Positions 9,019 through 19,003 of a DNA stretch of 64,000 nt are shown here, piece by piece. Position 1 is the stretch's first letter, and every line of letters starts with the position of its first letter. The position numbers and the translations under genes are program-made. This DNA comes from an uncultured Gammaproteobacteria bacterium (GTDB lineage: Bacteria; Pseudomonadota; Gammaproteobacteria; JAURND01). Below the pieces are notes generated by a model that made no database searches, was not told where the DNA came from, and worked only from the letters and a program-made list of their open reading frames with translations. The stretch is from the NCBI GenBank assembly GCA_963714975.1, contig CAVQQD010000001.1, forward strand, positions 352,001 through 416,000. Reading direction: 5' to 3'.

Positions 9019-9305
9019 TACTTTTTGGTTTCGCCCTCATTTGGGGGAGTGAGTTTGCCGCCAACGATTTTATTGCATGTTCCTTTCGGTACTAAGATCC
9101 AAGCATAAGGATCGTGATCTTTTTTAGCTTGGCCCGCGCAAGCGTTTTCGTTGAGTGAGCCACAATCGTTTTTTCCGGCTTTAACAATGCCGTAGCATTT
9201 TTCCATGGCAGGAGGTTTTGCTAGAGCAGAAGTGCTTGCGACACTCAAACCAGTGGCAATAATACCTGAAATTGCGGTATTGATTATTTTGGTGACGATT
9301 GTCAT
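9018..9305 (-). CDS. BufA1-type (DUF2282) bufferin precursor
   Basis: Signal peptide followed by [14 protein letters not shown]...CAGQ...[13 protein letters not shown] (four Cys). Confidence 0.9.
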   Translation of the reverse strand: MTIVTKIINTAISGIIATGLSVASTSALAKPPAMEKCYGIVKAGKNDCGSLNENACAGQAKKDHDPYAWILVPKGTCNKIVGGKLTPPNEGETKK

Positions 9306-9380
9306 GATAAACTCCTTATCGGTGGGTTAGAAACTGAATCCTGAGCCAAGTATAATCTATAAAAATGAAACAAACCATTT

Positions 9381-10097
9381 ATGATGACAAATCGATTACA
9401 GAGTCTTTGGATTATTGTGCAGGTAGGGGTGGTTACCTTTTTTTATGGCCTTATTTGCTTATACCAGAGTCGCTTCAAAACCCGACAAGATATTGACCGG
9501 ACGATTCGGCGGTGGTGCGCTCATCTTCTAAGGTTTGCCAAGGTATCTTATGAAGTTTTTAATCCCCTCCAGGTGAGTTTCTTACCCGATCGTCCTTATA
9601 TCATCATGAGTAATCATGCTAGCCTGTATGATATCCCGCTAATTTTCGCGGCCTTTCCTGGTAGCATTCGGATGGTGGCTAAGAAGGAATTATTTCGTAT
9701 TCCCTTTTGGGGCTATACCACAAAAAAAATTGAAGTTCTTTCTATTGATCGCAGCAATCTAGCCCAAGCTAGACTGGATTTGAACTATGCCAAAGAAAAA
9801 ATGCAAAGTGGAATTGTGCTATGGATTGCGCCGGAAGGCACCCGTTCTCGGCATGGAAAGCTCAATCCGTTTAAAAAGGGCTGTTTTTTGTTGGCCATGG
9901 AAACAGCCGCCACCATCATCCCTGTAGGTATTCGAAATGCTGATAAAATTTTACCTGCTGGGAGTTTGAACTTTCGACTTAACCAAAAAGTGGAAATCCA
10001 CATCGGTCAGCCAATTGAGGCTAGCCAATATACCGCGCGGCAAGAACTTACTGAAGCGGTGCGCCAAAGTATCTTAGCGCTGTTACCCCCCCTTTGA
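9381..10097 (+). CDS. plsC: 1-acyl-sn-glycerol-3-phosphate acyltransferase
   Basis: NHASLYD, AKKEL, PEGTRS and FKKG motifs. Confidence 0.88.
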   Translation: MMTNRLQSLWIIVQVGVVTFFYGLICLYQSRFKTRQDIDRTIRRWCAHLLRFAKVSYEVFNPLQVSFLPDRPYIIMSNHASLYDIPLIFAAFPGSIRMVAKKELFRIPFWGYTTKKIEVLSIDRSNLAQARLDLNYAKEKMQSGIVLWIAPEGTRSRHGKLNPFKKGCFLLAMETAATIIPVGIRNADKILPAGSLNFRLNQKVEIHIGQPIEASQYTARQELTEAVRQSILALLPPL

Positions 10098-10120
10098 AAA
10101 AAAGGGGGGGGGGGGAAGGA

Positions 10121-10825
10121 TTACGATTCCGCATCTGGGTGCGTTACCTTTTCAATTCGCGCATTCATGCGTTGCAAGTAGGCATCGCGGACAAACACAT
10201 AAGGATCTAATGCCTCATCGACTAATTTATCTGTAGATAAAAATTGTGCGCGGGCAATGATGAAACTAGTTCCTGCAGCAGCATAAGCAATCCAGTGAGG
10301 GTCGATGTAAGGCCAGACTGAAAATGCCAGAGAATCAACACCAAGTCCAGCTAAATCACGTACCGTTCCTGGGGGCAAGAAAGGCAGGATCAGATAAGAG
10401 GAATTGGTATAACCCCACCTCGCTAAAGTCAGACCGAAGGTTTGATCATGGGGTTCAAGGCCGAGCGGTTTGGCTACATCAATTAATCCTCCAATACCGA
10501 CCGTGCTGTTAACGACCAGGCGCATAATGTCTGACAAAGCCCAGCCTGGGTTTGCTTGTAACACATCGTTAGCAATGGTAGGAACTTGATAGACATTCGC
10601 AAAGAAGTTGCTAATGCCTCGTTGCATGAAGTTCGGAGTGATGGTGTCATAGACTACGGCAATGGGGCGAAAGAGGACTTTATCCACGGCCCTGTTAAAT
10701 TTAAATACCTGACGATTATAGCTTTCATAGGGATCTGGCTGATCCACCGTAGCACAGCTCGCTAATAAAGTGAGGGAGGCTGTGATGAAGAAAATGCGAG
10801 ATAGCCGGCAAATCGTCTTTTTCAT
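10121..10825 (-). CDS. mlaA: MlaA/VacJ lipoprotein
   Basis: Lipobox LASC, DPYESYNR, NSTVGIGGLIDVA and DPYVFVRDAYLQ motifs. Confidence 0.92.
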   Translation of the reverse strand: MKKTICRLSRIFFITASLTLLASCATVDQPDPYESYNRQVFKFNRAVDKVLFRPIAVVYDTITPNFMQRGISNFFANVYQVPTIANDVLQANPGWALSDIMRLVVNSTVGIGGLIDVAKPLGLEPHDQTFGLTLARWGYTNSSYLILPFLPPGTVRDLAGLGVDSLAFSVWPYIDPHWIAYAAAGTSFIIARAQFLSTDKLVDEALDPYVFVRDAYLQRMNARIEKVTHPDAES

Positions 10826-11775
10826 AGTGGAGTTAAACTTAACTGATTAGTTGCCCGAATAATCGCATCTAACATCCCAGTTTCCTTATAATAATGTCCC
10901 GCATTCGGCACGATTTCCAAAATTGAAGAAGTCCATTGTTTATGGAGTTGCCACACTCCTGACAAGGTACAAATCATATCGTAACGTCCGTGGATTAAAA
11001 TACTCGGCACTGCAGGGAGCTGCGCCACTTGGTTTTCCAATTGATTGGGCTTTAAAAAACAATTGTTAACCCAATAATGACATTGCAGGCGGGCGATTGC
11101 AATCGCTTCGTGGGGTGCTACGGCACGCTGAAACAAAGCAGGATCTGGTGTCAGCGTCAGAAAATGCGCGCCCCAGCTTGCCCAGGCTTCTGCTGCTCGC
11201 ATCCGGGCCACTTCATCGGCCCCAGTCAGGAGCGAGTAATAAGACACGATGGGATTATGGTGCTGATTTGCTGGGAGAACGGAGAGAAACTCATGCCAAT
11301 GATCCGGAAAAATTTGGTTCACTCCCAGGGGCCCGTACATCCATTCCACATCCTGGTTACGATTTAAAAACGTGCTCACCAAAATCATAGCCAAAACGTG
11401 TTGCGGAAAGGTTTGGGCATATACCAAACCTAAGGTTGCTCCCCAAGAATTACCCACAATAGCCCAGCGCTCGATCTTGAGCATCTGTCGAATAGCTTCG
11501 ATATCTCGCAATAAGCTTTGGGTGGTATTGTGCTGTAACTCACCATAGGGAGTGGAACGACCCGCGCCACGTTGATCAAATAAAATGATTCGAAAGCGCT
11601 CGGGGTCAAATAATTGTCGCGAGGTTTCGCTACAGCCCGAACCTGGCCCTCCATGTAAATAAAGAATCGGCAAGCCCTGGGGATTTCCACACTCCTCCAC
11701 ATAAATCTCATGGGGTGGCTCTACCGGTAGGCGATAAGTAATATACGGGTGAATGGGAGGGAAATAGCTGTACAT
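10822..11775 (-). CDS. pip: Prolyl aminopeptidase
   Basis: LHGGPG, FDQRGAGRS, GNSWG nucleophile elbow, GRYD and AGH motifs. Confidence 0.9.
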   Translation of the reverse strand: MYSYFPPIHPYITYRLPVEPPHEIYVEECGNPQGLPILYLHGGPGSGCSETSRQLFDPERFRIILFDQRGAGRSTPYGELQHNTTQSLLRDIEAIRQMLKIERWAIVGNSWGATLGLVYAQTFPQHVLAMILVSTFLNRNQDVEWMYGPLGVNQIFPDHWHEFLSVLPANQHHNPIVSYYSLLTGADEVARMRAAEAWASWGAHFLTLTPDPALFQRAVAPHEAIAIARLQCHYWVNNCFLKPNQLENQVAQLPAVPSILIHGRYDMICTLSGVWQLHKQWTSSILEIVPNAGHYYKETGMLDAIIRATNQLSLTPL

Positions 11776-11809
11776 AGCCTGAAGAATCCTATTTAAAAGC
11801 AGCAAAAGG

Positions 11810-11943
11810 AGCAATTCCGCTGAAGCCTTGATCTCCGACGGGTCCTGCCGCGTGGGGCAACCCGCCGTGCTCGCACGCTGCGCGCGGCGTTGTTGCCCTA
11901 CGCGTCACCCGTCGGTCAAAGTACTGTTAGAGCGGGAATTGCT
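11810..11943 (+). repeat. GC-rich structured repeat, family A (full copy)
   Basis: Nested inverted repeats AGCAATTCC(C)GCT/AGCGGGAATTGCT, CCGACGGGT/ACCCGTCGG and CGCGTGGGGCAAC/GTTGCCCTACGCG. Confidence 0.85.
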
Positions 11944-12310
11944 GTTTTAAATCCCTTCTCTTGTAAGCTGGTTTAGTCTACATTAAAAATTTTTTCTTCC
12001 CAACGGATTTTTAATTTTCCGCCCAATTTTCTAAGCGAAGATGGGGCACTCTGGCAAATTCTTTTTCGTTATTGGTGATAAGAATTAAATTAAGGGATAG
12101 CGCATGGGCAGCAATCCATAAATCATTACCCCACCCTACCGTATTTTTTTACCAGAAATAATTCCTCCCTTTGAAAAATGGAGATTAGGGTGGTAAAAAT
12201 TGACCTTAATTTGACATTTTTTTTCATTATGGCATAATTCGCAACATTAATGACTAAGTTACAAAACGCACTTCGCTTATAGTAGGCTACAACTCGCAGA
12301 GGAGTAAATT

Positions 12311-12940
12311 ATGTTAGAAGCAGCACTACCGGAATCAAAGATAGATTACATAAAAAGTACGCAAGCTCAATATACCAAGATAAATTCCTTATCCCAGCAA
12401 TATCAACACGACTCTCGGCTCAGCTATTTGAAGTGGTCAATAGACAATCTTTTGTTACGAATGAAAATTGATAGAGAGGAGCTGGATTCAAGTCAATTAA
12501 ATGATAGGGTTAATTTGGACTCGATAAAAGAAGGTCTTAAGGAAGGTTTTACTAAACCTTCCACATTTACCGGGAAAGGTAAGCTTGCTTATTATGGAAT
12601 TTTTTATAGTTTGTTGGCTTATGGTGGCGCAGAAATGTATCAAGCCCTTAAGCAGCAAGCATCTGTAGCCGAGAAGTTATTACATGGAGATTTTACAGGC
12701 TTGCTCGACATTTTAGTGTGTTATCTTGTTCTAATGGCTCTGACTGCAACCCTGGGGCGCTATTGTTTGAGTGGCGGTGGAAATTGCATGCCTGATCCCC
12801 CACAGGTGTTTAAATTTTTGGATATTGGCGGAACCCCCACAGCAGAGGTTAAAGCAATATATGATCAATGTATGCTTAACTTAGCCGAACACAAAGGATA
12901 TATGGAAGTACACAAGGGAGTAGAGTTCAGCGTAAGTTAG
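12311..12940 (+). CDS. Hypothetical protein with two hydrophobic segments
   Basis: GAGGAG SD; TTGACA-16-CATAAT promoter at 12211-12238; no recognised family. Confidence 0.7.
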   Translation: MLEAALPESKIDYIKSTQAQYTKINSLSQQYQHDSRLSYLKWSIDNLLLRMKIDREELDSSQLNDRVNLDSIKEGLKEGFTKPSTFTGKGKLAYYGIFYSLLAYGGAEMYQALKQQASVAEKLLHGDFTGLLDILVCYLVLMALTATLGRYCLSGGGNCMPDPPQVFKFLDIGGTPTAEVKAIYDQCMLNLAEHKGYMEVHKGVEFSVS

Positions 12941-13751
12941 TATTAAGCGCCCAGTTGAAGTAATCTTCACTAATGTGATTAATCGTTTCTAAGCGCCGCT
13001 TTAATGCAGGTTTAGCATATTGCTTAAGATGGGCAATCACTCCCGCATCGGAACCCCCGAAATCCAATTGATACCAAACATAAATACTGGAGACAATTAA
13101 GCGATTGCCATTAGCAATAGTCACTCCGCGTGGGCTATTCACATACTGCCGCGCTCCGGCATCCATGAGTTGCTCGATATTGCTGCCGGTAAAAGCGGTT
13201 TTTTGCAAGCTAGGGCAGCTATAGGTTGCGCAATTAATTGCGTAGTGGATACGCGGATCCTGCCAAATCGGGCGCAGAATTCGATTTTCAATATCATTCA
13301 AAGATAAGGGAATACCTGCCACTTGGATTACCTTGGCTTGCCACGGGCCAGGAACTAGCCATCCAGAAAGCTTTATTTGACGAATGCTTTTTACCGGATA
13401 ATGATCTAACACGATGTCAATCGTCAACGCATTGTACAGGTTAATCCAAAAGGCGAGCTGCTCATTGCGATTATAGTGATCGATGGGGATTCTGGCTAAA
13501 CTCACAATAGTTTGCTTGAGTTTTTGCGCGTCTTCCGGGGTAACGGCTTTATAATTAACCAAGCTCACGCCATTGAGATTAATAGTAACATACTGATCTA
13601 GAAAAGATTGCCAACCTGAATAATCAATCGTGGCTGTGGCATCTGGATCGAAAATTGCCCAACGAGACCAGAGCTTTTTTTCAGGCACAGCCATGCCAAG
13701 GCAAAGCCAGCAAAGTAAAATAAACAGTAATCCTGACACCAAGCGAGTCAT
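12927..13751 (-). CDS. DUF547 domain exported protein
   Basis: LAFWINLYNALT, SLNDIENRILR, DPRIHYAINCA..SCP and SSIY.WY motifs. Confidence 0.88.
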   Translation of the reverse strand: MTRLVSGLLFILLCWLCLGMAVPEKKLWSRWAIFDPDATATIDYSGWQSFLDQYVTINLNGVSLVNYKAVTPEDAQKLKQTIVSLARIPIDHYNRNEQLAFWINLYNALTIDIVLDHYPVKSIRQIKLSGWLVPGPWQAKVIQVAGIPLSLNDIENRILRPIWQDPRIHYAINCATYSCPSLQKTAFTGSNIEQLMDAGARQYVNSPRGVTIANGNRLIVSSIYVWYQLDFGGSDAGVIAHLKQYAKPALKRRLETINHISEDYFNWALNTNLR

Positions 13752-13877
13752 AAGGCGATCTCTTAAGTTTGCACTATAATGTAACCAATGCGATATTTTT
13801 TGCAAGTTATTTGCAAGCACTTATTCTAAACCGTATACTCATGTCTTTATTTCGTATGTCTTTTATGGGGGTTTTTT

Positions 13878-15263
13878 GTGCGCTTCTCAATTCGGAAAAC
13901 ACGACAGATTTTTTCATTCATTCTGGGCCTAGGAATTGGGCTTTTCTCGATAAGCGCTAATGCCGCCGACCTGGTTCAGCAGGTGACTGCTGCTCCCTCA
14001 CAATCGCTCATTGGTCCTAATGTTCTTAACTTACCTCTCAAGGATCTGCAGCGTTTTGGTACGGCTATTGCCCAGATCAAACGTTATTATATTGAGCCAG
14101 TCACCGATACTAAACTGTTTGAATATGCGATCAGCGGGATGCTTTCCAATCTAGATCCGCATTCTGATTACCTGAATGCGGAAGCACTGAAAAGCCTGGA
14201 AATCACCACCACTGGGCGTTTTGGGGGAATTGGCATTGAAGTAGTGCCCGAAAATGGTCTGATTAAAATTATCAGCCCCATTGATGGCACTCCCGCCTAT
14301 AAGGCAGGGATTAAAGCCGGAGATCTGATTATCCGGATCAATAATAAGTTAGTCGCTGATATGACCTTAAGCCAAGTCATTGAGATGATCCGTGGTGACC
14401 CGGGTAGTAAAGTGCATTTAACTATTATTCGTAAAGAGCTTAAAAAGCCACTTGAAATTGACCTGACTCGGGAAATTATTAAGATTCAGACGGTAAAAAC
14501 TCGGCTCTTGGATGATGGCTATGGTTACATTCGTCTATCTTTCTTCCAAGAAGATACCAAGCGTGATTTGGGGCAAGGGGTGGCGCAGCTAAAACAAGAA
14601 GCAAATGATAAACTCAAAGGCGTGATTTTAGACTTGCGCAACAATCCGGGTGGCTTATTAGATGCGGCTGTCGATGTCACTAATCAACTTTTAAATAGCA
14701 AAAAACTTAAATATGGTGGGTTAATTGTTTATACCAAAGGGCGCATTCCCAATGCTGATGTTCAAGCGAAAGCTAATGGCAATGACATTCTTAATGGCAT
14801 ACCCATGGTGGTGTTGATTAATGATGGTTCTGCTTCTGCCGCAGAAATTATGGCTGGCGCACTTCAAGATCAAAAACGCGCCACCATAGCCGGCGAAACC
14901 AGCTTTGGAAAAGGCTCGGTACAAACAGTATTACCTATCGATAATGATACCGCGATTAAACTCACGACTGCTTTATACTATACCCCAGCTGGGCGCTCGA
15001 TCCAGGCCAAAGGCATTGTGCCGGATATTTCCATTCCAGATTTTAAGATTCCTAAGAGCGAAAACGACGAAGGAGCCATGATATCCATCACTGAAGCGGA
15101 TTTAAGCCGACATTTGACTGATGGCAACGCGACACAAAAGGCTAACTCCAACACCGTCCCTTCAGAGGAAAGCAGCAAAAAGTTGCGAGATTTGCTTTAT
15201 AGCGATTTCCAACTCTATGAAGCGCTGAATATATTGAAGGGGTTGGTGGTGGAGTATAAATAG
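13878..15263 (+). CDS. ctpA: Carboxyl-terminal processing protease (S41A, PDZ domain)
   Basis: LDPHSDYL, GGIGI, LDLRNNPGG, SASAAE and FGKGSVQ motifs. Confidence 0.92.
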   Translation: MRFSIRKTRQIFSFILGLGIGLFSISANAADLVQQVTAAPSQSLIGPNVLNLPLKDLQRFGTAIAQIKRYYIEPVTDTKLFEYAISGMLSNLDPHSDYLNAEALKSLEITTTGRFGGIGIEVVPENGLIKIISPIDGTPAYKAGIKAGDLIIRINNKLVADMTLSQVIEMIRGDPGSKVHLTIIRKELKKPLEIDLTREIIKIQTVKTRLLDDGYGYIRLSFFQEDTKRDLGQGVAQLKQEANDKLKGVILDLRNNPGGLLDAAVDVTNQLLNSKKLKYGGLIVYTKGRIPNADVQAKANGNDILNGIPMVVLINDGSASAAEIMAGALQDQKRATIAGETSFGKGSVQTVLPIDNDTAIKLTTALYYTPAGRSIQAKGIVPDISIPDFKIPKSENDEGAMISITEADLSRHLTDGNATQKANSNTVPSEESSKKLRDLLYSDFQLYEALNILKGLVVEYK

Positions 15264-15278
15264 AGCAGCGGGTGACCT

Positions 15279-15390
15279 GTCATCCCGAGGAGCTTGCGCC
15301 CTCCGTCATCCCGAGGAGCTTGCGACGAGGGATCTCCTGCAACTGGCATGGGGAAATCCCTCCTCGCAAGCTCCTCGGGATGACGGAGGG
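15279..15390. repeat. GTCATCCCGAG...CTCGGGATGAC palindrome, family G (one and a half copies)
   Basis: Near-perfect arms; a second copy lies in frame inside an ORF at 39223-39296. Confidence 0.85.
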
Positions 15391-15412
15391 GGGGGAGCGA
15401 GAGCCGCTAGAA

Positions 15413-15829
15413 CTAGCGTACTACTACACTAGCTAACTCAACTTCCACCACTGTATCAACATTCTTTTTTGCTTTTGTGACACCCGAATCAATTGCATCC
15501 TCGTCCATCGGTGTGGTGCCTGATTTTGGATCTGGCTCTAATAATTCCTTCCTTAATTTCCACTCTTGATAGAATTCATACGCTCTATGCAGTGAGAGCA
15601 AAGTCCCAACTATCAACAAACAAATTCCAAGTTTTATATCAATCGCTGCCTCACTTGGCATCTGTGTTGATCTTCCCAAAAAACCTGCCCCTCCACCAAG
15701 TCCAAGGACGAGAAGCAAACTTTCTAGCTCGTATAGTGGGGCCAATCGCTCTTGTCTTAGTTGTAAATTCGCAAGCTCCTTAATTCGATCATCACAATAT
15801 TTTTCTTGAGAGGTTTGCTCTTGTGTCAT
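15413..15829 (-). CDS. Hypothetical protein with hydrophobic hairpin; effector candidate
   Basis: Two TM-like segments, acidic C-terminus, AGGAG SD and upstream PmrA-like box. Confidence 0.7.
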   Translation of the reverse strand: MTQEQTSQEKYCDDRIKELANLQLRQERLAPLYELESLLLVLGLGGGAGFLGRSTQMPSEAAIDIKLGICLLIVGTLLSLHRAYEFYQEWKLRKELLEPDPKSGTTPMDEDAIDSGVTKAKKNVDTVVEVELASVVVR

Positions 15830-15926
15830 AGTAAAGTCTCCTAATTTTTTATTGATAGTGGAATAACAGCCCGGTTAAGGCCGGTGAACTGTTCCTGATA
15901 GTAATGCTGCAAAACCAAGCTTGTCT

Positions 15927-15959
15927 ACTATAACAAGCAAAGCTGAAGTGAATGTTAAG
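15927..15959 (-). promoter_or_regulatory. PmrA-like box plus -10 hexamer
   Basis: CTTAACATT-CA-CTTCAGCTT, 7 nt, TATAGT. Confidence 0.65.
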
Positions 15960-16001
15960 TAATATAGAAGATTTTGGGTAACCGTTCACCTACCTATTGC
16001 T

Positions 16002-16385
16002 CTAAGCCGCCTTCAAAACCACATTTTCGCTGACAGCGGGCAACAAAGAAGGAGATTTTGTTCCGGAAAAATGCGCCTGGATGGCATCAGTCACAAAATT
16101 CAACACACTTCTGTTTTGTAATTTACATGTCGCGACAACGCTCATAATACGCTCAAGGTATAGTGTTCCTTCCTGGGATTGGGTTCCAAAACTTGTTTTG
16201 CGCCAAATCACAATCCTGCGAAGGATTTGTTCCGCAAGATTATTGGTTGGCTCTATACCTTCCTTGTCGACAAAGGTCCATAAAGCAACTTGTAATTTGA
16301 GGAATTGCTTGCAGGTTCCCATAGTTTTCTTATGCCTACAGCACGCACCTTCCTCAAGAAGATTTATCACATGCTTCTTCACGCG
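16002..16385 (-). pseudogene. IS66-family transposase, C-terminal fragment
   Basis: LWTFV...IEPTNNLAEQILR..VIWRKTSFGTQS.EG....ERIMSVVATCKLQ; the N-terminal part is absent. Confidence 0.9.
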
Positions 16386-16410
16386 CCTCGAAGAGTCGTC
16401 CCCAACTCCT

Positions 16411-17811
16411 TTATACTTCCATGACCTTATATTCTTGCACTAACAAAAAAACGGCTATGCTGCCAATGAAAAATGTTACTCCGCCAATGAGTAATGTTGT
16501 ATGCATTCCTGAAACAAAGTGGTGTGACATATTGATAATCGTACCAAAAACGGCAACACCAATTAAACTACCCATTTGGCGACTCGCATTTAATGCACCA
16601 GATGCAATTCCTGCTCTGCCTTTAGGTGCGGCACAGATCACAGCTACAGTTGCTGCGGGCATGGTACAAGCAATCCCAAATCCTATCGCAGCTAACGGCA
16701 AGATAAGCATAAAGTAGGAAATATCTTCATTGACGATTAACATGGATAAGAAACCGATTGCTCCTACAGCTAACCCCACTATCATCGGAATTTTTACCCC
16801 TAAAAAGCTGGTCATCTTTCCACCTAAATAAGAAGCCACCGCTATTACACCTAGTAAAGGCATAAATGCAAACCCCGTTATTAGTACAGAATAATTCTTA
16901 ATTTGTTGGAAATAAAGCGTGAGTACAAATAATTCACCATACACGCCGATATTCAAAATCATCCCCACAGCAATGGCTACCGAAAATGTTTTAGAATGGA
17001 ATAGATTTAAAGGAAACATCGGCTGTTCTATCCGATGTTCAAAGATCAAGAAAGCAATAAAGGCACAAATAAACATGATAAATCCAACCAGAACTTCTTG
17101 CGCCAACCAACCTAATTTCCCTGCTTCAATCAAACTAAAAGCCAAGGCGGCAATGCTGATTATTCCAAGAATCTGTCCTAAAAAATCAAAACTACTTTTA
17201 CCCTGACTAATAGGATTTGGAACATATTTCAATGTCAGTAAAATCCCTAGAACCCCAACGGGGATATTGACGAAGAAAATCGCTCGCCATCCAAAAGCAG
17301 TGGTTAGAATTCCACCTAAAATAGGTCCAGCAGCTGCAGCAACACCGCCAATAGCTGCCCAGATACCAATTGCTTTGGCGCGTTCTGCTGGATCTGAATA
17401 AGAGGCATTAATAAGGGCTAATGAGGTAGGTACCAGAAGAGCAGCTGCAACTCCCTGCAACAATCTAAATCCAGTTAACTGCCAAAAATTAAAGGCAAGA
17501 CCACAACCAATAGACGTTAATACGAATAAAATTAATCCTGAGAGAAAAGCCGATTTTGCTCCAACTCGATCTCCCAAATTCCCTGCCGACAGTAACAGAC
17601 AAGCAAACGTCAAGGTATAGCCATCAACCACCCACTGTAACCATGAGATCCCGCCTTTCAAGCTTCTTGCCATACTAGGCAGTGCCACATTGACGATAGT
17701 GACATCAATAATCACCATAAAAAAGCCAAGGCACAAGGCAATCAGCGGGATATATCCATTTCGGCTATTCATTGAAAAGTCTTCCTCTTGCTCAGAGTGA
17801 TATACTGCCAT
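16411..17811 (-). CDS. DHA2 (EmrB/QacA-like) 14-TMS MFS efflux transporter
   Basis: DVTIVNVALP, GNLGDRVGAK, GPILGG and WRAIFFVNIPVG motifs; alternative start at 17772. Confidence 0.9.
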   Translation of the reverse strand: MAVYHSEQEEDFSMNSRNGYIPLIALCLGFFMVIIDVTIVNVALPSMARSLKGGISWLQWVVDGYTLTFACLLLSAGNLGDRVGAKSAFLSGLILFVLTSIGCGLAFNFWQLTGFRLLQGVAAALLVPTSLALINASYSDPAERAKAIGIWAAIGGVAAAAGPILGGILTTAFGWRAIFFVNIPVGVLGILLTLKYVPNPISQGKSSFDFLGQILGIISIAALAFSLIEAGKLGWLAQEVLVGFIMFICAFIAFLIFEHRIEQPMFPLNLFHSKTFSVAIAVGMILNIGVYGELFVLTLYFQQIKNYSVLITGFAFMPLLGVIAVASYLGGKMTSFLGVKIPMIVGLAVGAIGFLSMLIVNEDISYFMLILPLAAIGFGIACTMPAATVAVICAAPKGRAGIASGALNASRQMGSLIGVAVFGTIINMSHHFVSGMHTTLLIGGVTFFIGSIAVFLLVQEYKVMEV

Positions 17812-17817
17812 CCAGCT

Positions 17818-18171
17818 TTAAGCATAGATAACCCGTAATTCCCCGAGACGAGTCCTTCTTCTAGACGTTTTAATCACAATTTCAACGTCTTGATTTAATA
17901 AATTTAGATATCTTACCAATCTTTCAATGGAAAATGATGATAAATGGCCACGATTAAGCAACGATATTTTTGATTGATCAGCTTGAAGAAGTTTCGCTGC
18001 TTCTGCTTGTTTTAACTTTTTCTTTTTTAAAATTTGGTTAATTTTGAAAACTAGTTCAGCTTTAGCCAATTTTTCATTAGCATCTGACATTTCAAGGTCA
18101 GCAAATACATTGCTAGAACCTATTTCCCATATTTCATCGTGTAAATCAATTGATTTGTCTACTGTAGTCAT
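17818..18171 (-). CDS. XRE/HTH antitoxin (HigA-like)
   Basis: GSSNVFADL, LKQAEAAKLLQADQSKIS and FSIERL motifs; overlaps the upstream toxin gene. Confidence 0.85.
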   Translation of the reverse strand: MTTVDKSIDLHDEIWEIGSSNVFADLEMSDANEKLAKAELVFKINQILKKKKLKQAEAAKLLQADQSKISLLNRGHLSSFSIERLVRYLNLLNQDVEIVIKTSRRRTRLGELRVIYA

Positions 18172-18515
18172 ATGTCACCTTTTGATAATAATTTTGCTGC
18201 TTGCAAGCGGAACTTGATGAGCGCTATATCCTCTTTGGGAGTTTTAATCCCACTTTTTGATTTTTTTTGAAAAACATGCAAGACATAAATTTTATTTCCT
18301 AATTTTGTTGCATAGACAGCCCGGTAAGTATTTTTATCCCAATTCGCAATAATTTCTATAACCCCTGAAAATCCTTTTAAGGGTTTGGCTCCTTCAGGAA
18401 AATACCCCAACTGGGCCTGATATAACGAATATCCTACATTGTCCTGAATTTCTAAGGGCAATGCTTTTAAATCTGATCTAGAGGATCCCATCCATATTAA
18501 TGATTTTAAGGCCAT
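18168..18515 (-). CDS. RelE/HigB (Gp49-like) toxin
   Basis: WMGSSRSDL, AKPLKG, YRAVY and YVLHVFQKKS motifs. Confidence 0.88.
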   Translation of the reverse strand: MALKSLIWMGSSRSDLKALPLEIQDNVGYSLYQAQLGYFPEGAKPLKGFSGVIEIIANWDKNTYRAVYATKLGNKIYVLHVFQKKSKSGIKTPKEDIALIKFRLQAAKLLSKGDI

Positions 18516-18616
18516 ATTTACCTCATATTTTTATTATAAACCAAATTTAACGAATATTCCAGTTTTAGAATAATACAACTTTGCCGTAATATTATCTACA
18601 TTGAAAAGCCATATTG

Positions 18617-18842
18617 TTATGCCTGCGAGCCATTTTGTTTTATTCCCGCTGCCGTCAGCATAGCATTTGTCGCTTTTTCAACAGAAGCTCGCACAGGGTC
18701 GAGATCCAATCGTGCATAAATAGCAGTTGTTTGGGGCGACTTATGATTTAAAGATTTTCCAATAATAGTGAGAGAAGCGCCTGTACGCGCTTGCCAGCTT
18801 CCTAGGGTACGTCTTAGATCATGTATTCGTAGATCAGCGACA
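18617..18842 (-). pseudogene. Tyrosine integrase C-terminal remnant (not in the ORF track)
   Basis: Translates DLRIHDLRRTLGSWQARTGASLTIIGKSLNHKSPQTTAIYARL...; cut off by the IS66 end. Confidence 0.88.
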
Positions 18843-19003
18843 TTGTCGCGACATGCAAATTATAAAACAGAAGTGTGTTCAATTTTGTGACTGATGCCAT
18901 CCAGGCGCATTTCTCCGGAACAAAATTTCCTTCTTTGTTGCCCGTTGTCAGCGAAAATGTGGTTTTGAAGGCGGCTTAAAGCAATAGGTAGGTGAACGGT
19001 TAC
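18843..19003 (+). mobile_element. Second IS66 3'-end fragment (inverted copy of about 15978-16138)
   Basis: Close match with a few substitutions, including the transposase stop region and terminal GGTGAACGGTTAC. Confidence 0.9.

Larger units (their letters stand above)
15978..19003. mobile_element. Non-autonomous composite transposon bounded by two inverted IS66-family 3' ends
   Basis: About 160-bp inverted repeats beginning GTAACCGTTCACC; 8-bp direct repeat GATTTTGG at 15970-15977 and 19004-19011. Confidence 0.9.

Noticed and set aside
12200-12238. PmrA-like box upstream of ORF 12311
   Set aside because: A single CTTAAT half-site out of register; the region reads better as a TTGACA/CATAAT sigma-70 promoter.
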